Positions 60,782 through 64,000 of a DNA stretch of 64,000 nt are shown piece after piece. The notes beneath the pieces were generated by a model. It made no database searches. It saw only the letters and a program-made list of their open reading frames with translations, and was not told the DNA's origin. Within the stretch, counting starts at the first letter, position 1, and every line of letters starts with the position of its first letter. The translations under genes were made by a program, and so were the position numbers. The DNA comes from Trichoplax adhaerens (Eukaryota > Animalia > Placozoa): positions 6,626,299 to 6,690,298 of the forward strand of contig NW_002060943.1 of the NCBI RefSeq assembly GCF_000150275.1. The letters are read 5' to 3'.

Positions 60782-63700
60782 GATGATGATATTGATTAAA
60801 ATATTAAAAGGGTAGAGGATATGAATAAGAAAATGTTTAGAGATTATTAGCTAAACGAATCCGATCGAATTTACGGAGTTATCTATCTTTTGATCTACTT
60901 TTTACTTCTTTTATAGCATTGACCAAATGATGAATTGTTGGTATAGGCCATTTCTCGTAATTTTTATAAAAACAAACATTGATCAGATTTTTTGGAAAAA
61001 TTACCTGTGGTGATTTGAAAAAATGAAACATTAACATTTTAAAGTTGTGTCTACATTAGCAGGCGTAACCTGACTAATAATTAGAAACTGAACAAGCTGT
61101 AAGTAATTTGTGTCTAATGCTGAGGCATTTTAAGATATTGTCGTTACATTTTTGTACATTAAATTGCTATCATACATTAAAAAAATAGACACTATCAGGA
61201 TTGGATGATAATTTTCCGTTGCATAAAATAATACAAGTTATTATATCTATAAATGGTAGAGTATTAAATTAGTTTATTCTCTACTGCATTTACGAAAATT
61301 TGACGCGCATATTGTAGTATGCCTGACAAACATTAACGTAATGTCTAAACATCCAAGTTTATCACAGGAAACAGCAACTAACTCTAAATATAGATCATAT
61401 CTTGGAATGTGGGATCGTCTTCAATTTATCAATCGGTCAAGTCTGGTCAACTTTTTTTCACAAACTGTCCATTCAATAAAGGCTACAATTTAAATCTAGG
61501 CTGCACCTTGATTAATTTGCAAAACAATGATTTACGTGTTATGATAGAATGGAATAGCTTATGACAGATTGACACTCCTTACAAATGGAGGTACGGCAGT
61601 AAATTAATCGATGATGTAGGCAACAATTATTATAATAAATTGAATATAATAATTGGCATGTGCTTTAAAATTGCACAAAATTATTCCTACGAAATCGTAT
61701 GATACCCCTACGTCAGCAGTGCACAACCTTATATTTTTGGGTTATCTATACAGGATATTTAAGATTGTTATAGGTATCTAGTAGTCAATGTTGACTTATG
61801 CAAATAGAGAAACACAGCACAGCTTTGTATATACATCAGAATGCGTGTTGTATGCATCGGAATGTCAATTACCCAGTAGGATACCATATAGGTCAACAGT
61901 AAAGTTGGCCGTCATTGTTACCTACACCGCTCTTACCTTAAAAGACACCCCCGTTTTCATCGTAAAATTTTTTTATACATCTCTATTAGTTATATATTAT
62001 ATAAGATAAGATTACTACTAGATATTTACAATAATGTAAAAATATACGTACGTTCCAGAGTGTTGATCTATTTTACTATGCGTATTTCGCCGTATTTTAA
62101 GCCTGTGTGCAAGCTTTAACATGTCATCACAGTCACAAGATCGTTGGCTCTTGAATATGTTTTATAATGAGCAAAATTATTTGTTATAAAGTCAGTTAAT
62201 ATGATATAAACGTGTATCTATTTTGTTCTTGAACGATATTGTTCGTTAATAATTTACTTATTGTAATTCGAAGTGTTACAGTAAAATATTCCTACTCATA
62301 AATTAAGAATTTGGGCTTTAAAGGGAAATTGCCGTTTTGATTTATAATTATCGCCATTAACCGTAATGTGCAATCTGCTATCGATCATGACGAGATAATA
62401 TGTCAACCTATGCAAGTATATCTTTACAGCTATAATAACATCTGATAAAGTGCCTTCTCAAAAATAAAACCAGAATTACAGTTTCTTGTAAACTTTACTT
62501 TATTACACAAGTTATGGCTCACCAAACTACTACCAAGGGCTGTCTCTAGACTGTCTATCTTTGGACCACTATACAATCTTTCAATCTCATATACCATTTA
62601 TCTGTTTTCTTATAATCTAACAATCTTAGTCTTAGATATATTTGGGGCCGTACTACATAGTGAAGACAAAATAGAGGCGGGTACGTCTAAGGAAGTAAAT
62701 CAGGTATCTCCGCCGCACAAATCGCATAATTTTGTACCTGTTATAAGCTTATAAAACCGCATGAGGTCCAGATCAGTGCATTTCGGTGCAAAGGTTAAGC
62801 TATGTAGGGAGTCAACAATCAATAAACTCTTCAGACTCAACAAATCTTATGATGAATTATGTTTAATGTTAAGAGTTGTGCTAGTTACGAGAAATATTGG
62901 ATACCTTTATTATTATTACTAATTCATTCATTACTAACTCAATTATAATACGTATAAGAAGCATATAACTAATTCGAGTCAAGCTAAGATTCGCTTAGAG
63001 ATCAGTTATTGAAAAGTCCCTATACTAGATGTAAGAAATCAGTAAGAAACTCGTAAGCAAACAGCGGAACCGATTAATCGTTTTAAATAAAATCTTTATT
63101 CGCTTCCCATCTTCATAATAATATTGCACTTATTTTTCTATTACAAATAGTACTCTGAATCAATTTACTACGTTCATAAAACCTCATAAGTTGTAATATT
63201 GAGCCATCATAGTGTTATGACGTCCTGCACGCACCTATGCTCTGATTAGCCTTATAACATAGTAAATGATAACTGCTTATTTTATGCCAGCTATCTACTG
63301 GCATGAAATTGTCAACTAGACATGGATAGACAGTATTTATCTAAGGATTCATGAGCCATCAGAAGCACACATTGCCTTATGTTTAATCTTAAATTAATAA
63401 TACTGTACACGTCTTTCATGGGTTATCGATTCTATTTTTTAACTTCATTGCAAATTGTAAATACTACAGGTTCGATATTGGCACTTTGCTAACATACACA
63501 ATAGCTGAAGTTACCATTTTCTCCATAGTCCAGCACTATTTATAAAATGCAAGATAAAACGCTGAGGCCAATTAATTTAGGATTATATAACGACACTTGC
63601 TAAATTAACAAAATTTTCCAGGAATTTTGGAGTAGCTAAATAAATTCATAAATTGAACCTTATAAGAGAACTTGTTATCTTTAGCTTTGATACTTGGATT

Positions 63701-64000
63701 TATCGTAATTTACGAGTATACAATCGAAGACGTTACTCGTTTCATCAGTGTTTAGTAGAGGATTCATTAATTGGCGAAATGTGTGTAGATCACACCCAAT
63801 AAAATTATATTTAGTACTTCAGTATTTTGAATTCTCATTGTATTGCCGTAATGTATTGTAGCCTAAGGCATGTTTGGTAGCGTATTGATGCGAAGACTTT
63901 CGTCGACGATAATATATACGTAGCAATCCGGTCTTGATACCATAAAGAAGTGCTTGATTAAGAGTGAGGTTAAGATGATTTCTTGATAAAATAGTAACGC

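Overview
AT-rich, intron-dense animal genomic DNA. Gene content, short introns and TTAGGG repeats suggest an early-branching metazoan such as a placozoan (Trichoplax-like); this is an inference. I reconstructed six spliced protein-coding genes by hand: a SIPA1L/SPAR-type RapGAP-PDZ gene (+, 2876-17010), trifunctional C1-THF synthase MTHFD1 (+, 24554-32161), an EHD/RME-1 ATPase (+, 35113-37046), Numb (+, 42557-50720), molybdenum cofactor sulfurase MOCOS (-, 52070-56163) and a secreted protein with two Frizzled-like cysteine-rich domains (-, about 59511-60781). Non-coding features are an ~11-copy 93-95 bp tandem array with higher-order structure and a wobble-conserved hairpin (22021-23046), interstitial (TAACCC)n tracts, and dense TACAG/TACTG pentamer arrays upstream of four of the genes. 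The most interesting leads are: an EHD ending in its own NPF ligand beside a Numb that has no NPF/DPF; a candidate mitochondrial presequence in frame upstream of MTHFD1; the linkage of SIPA1L, MTHFD1, EHD and NUMB, which mirrors the human 11q13/14q23-24/19q13 paralogon; the structured satellite; and a cluster of five TACGTG motifs upstream of EHD. There is no CRISPR array or prokaryotic system, and I recognised no rRNA, tRNA or intact transposon. Exon boundaries were read by eye and not checked against transcripts.
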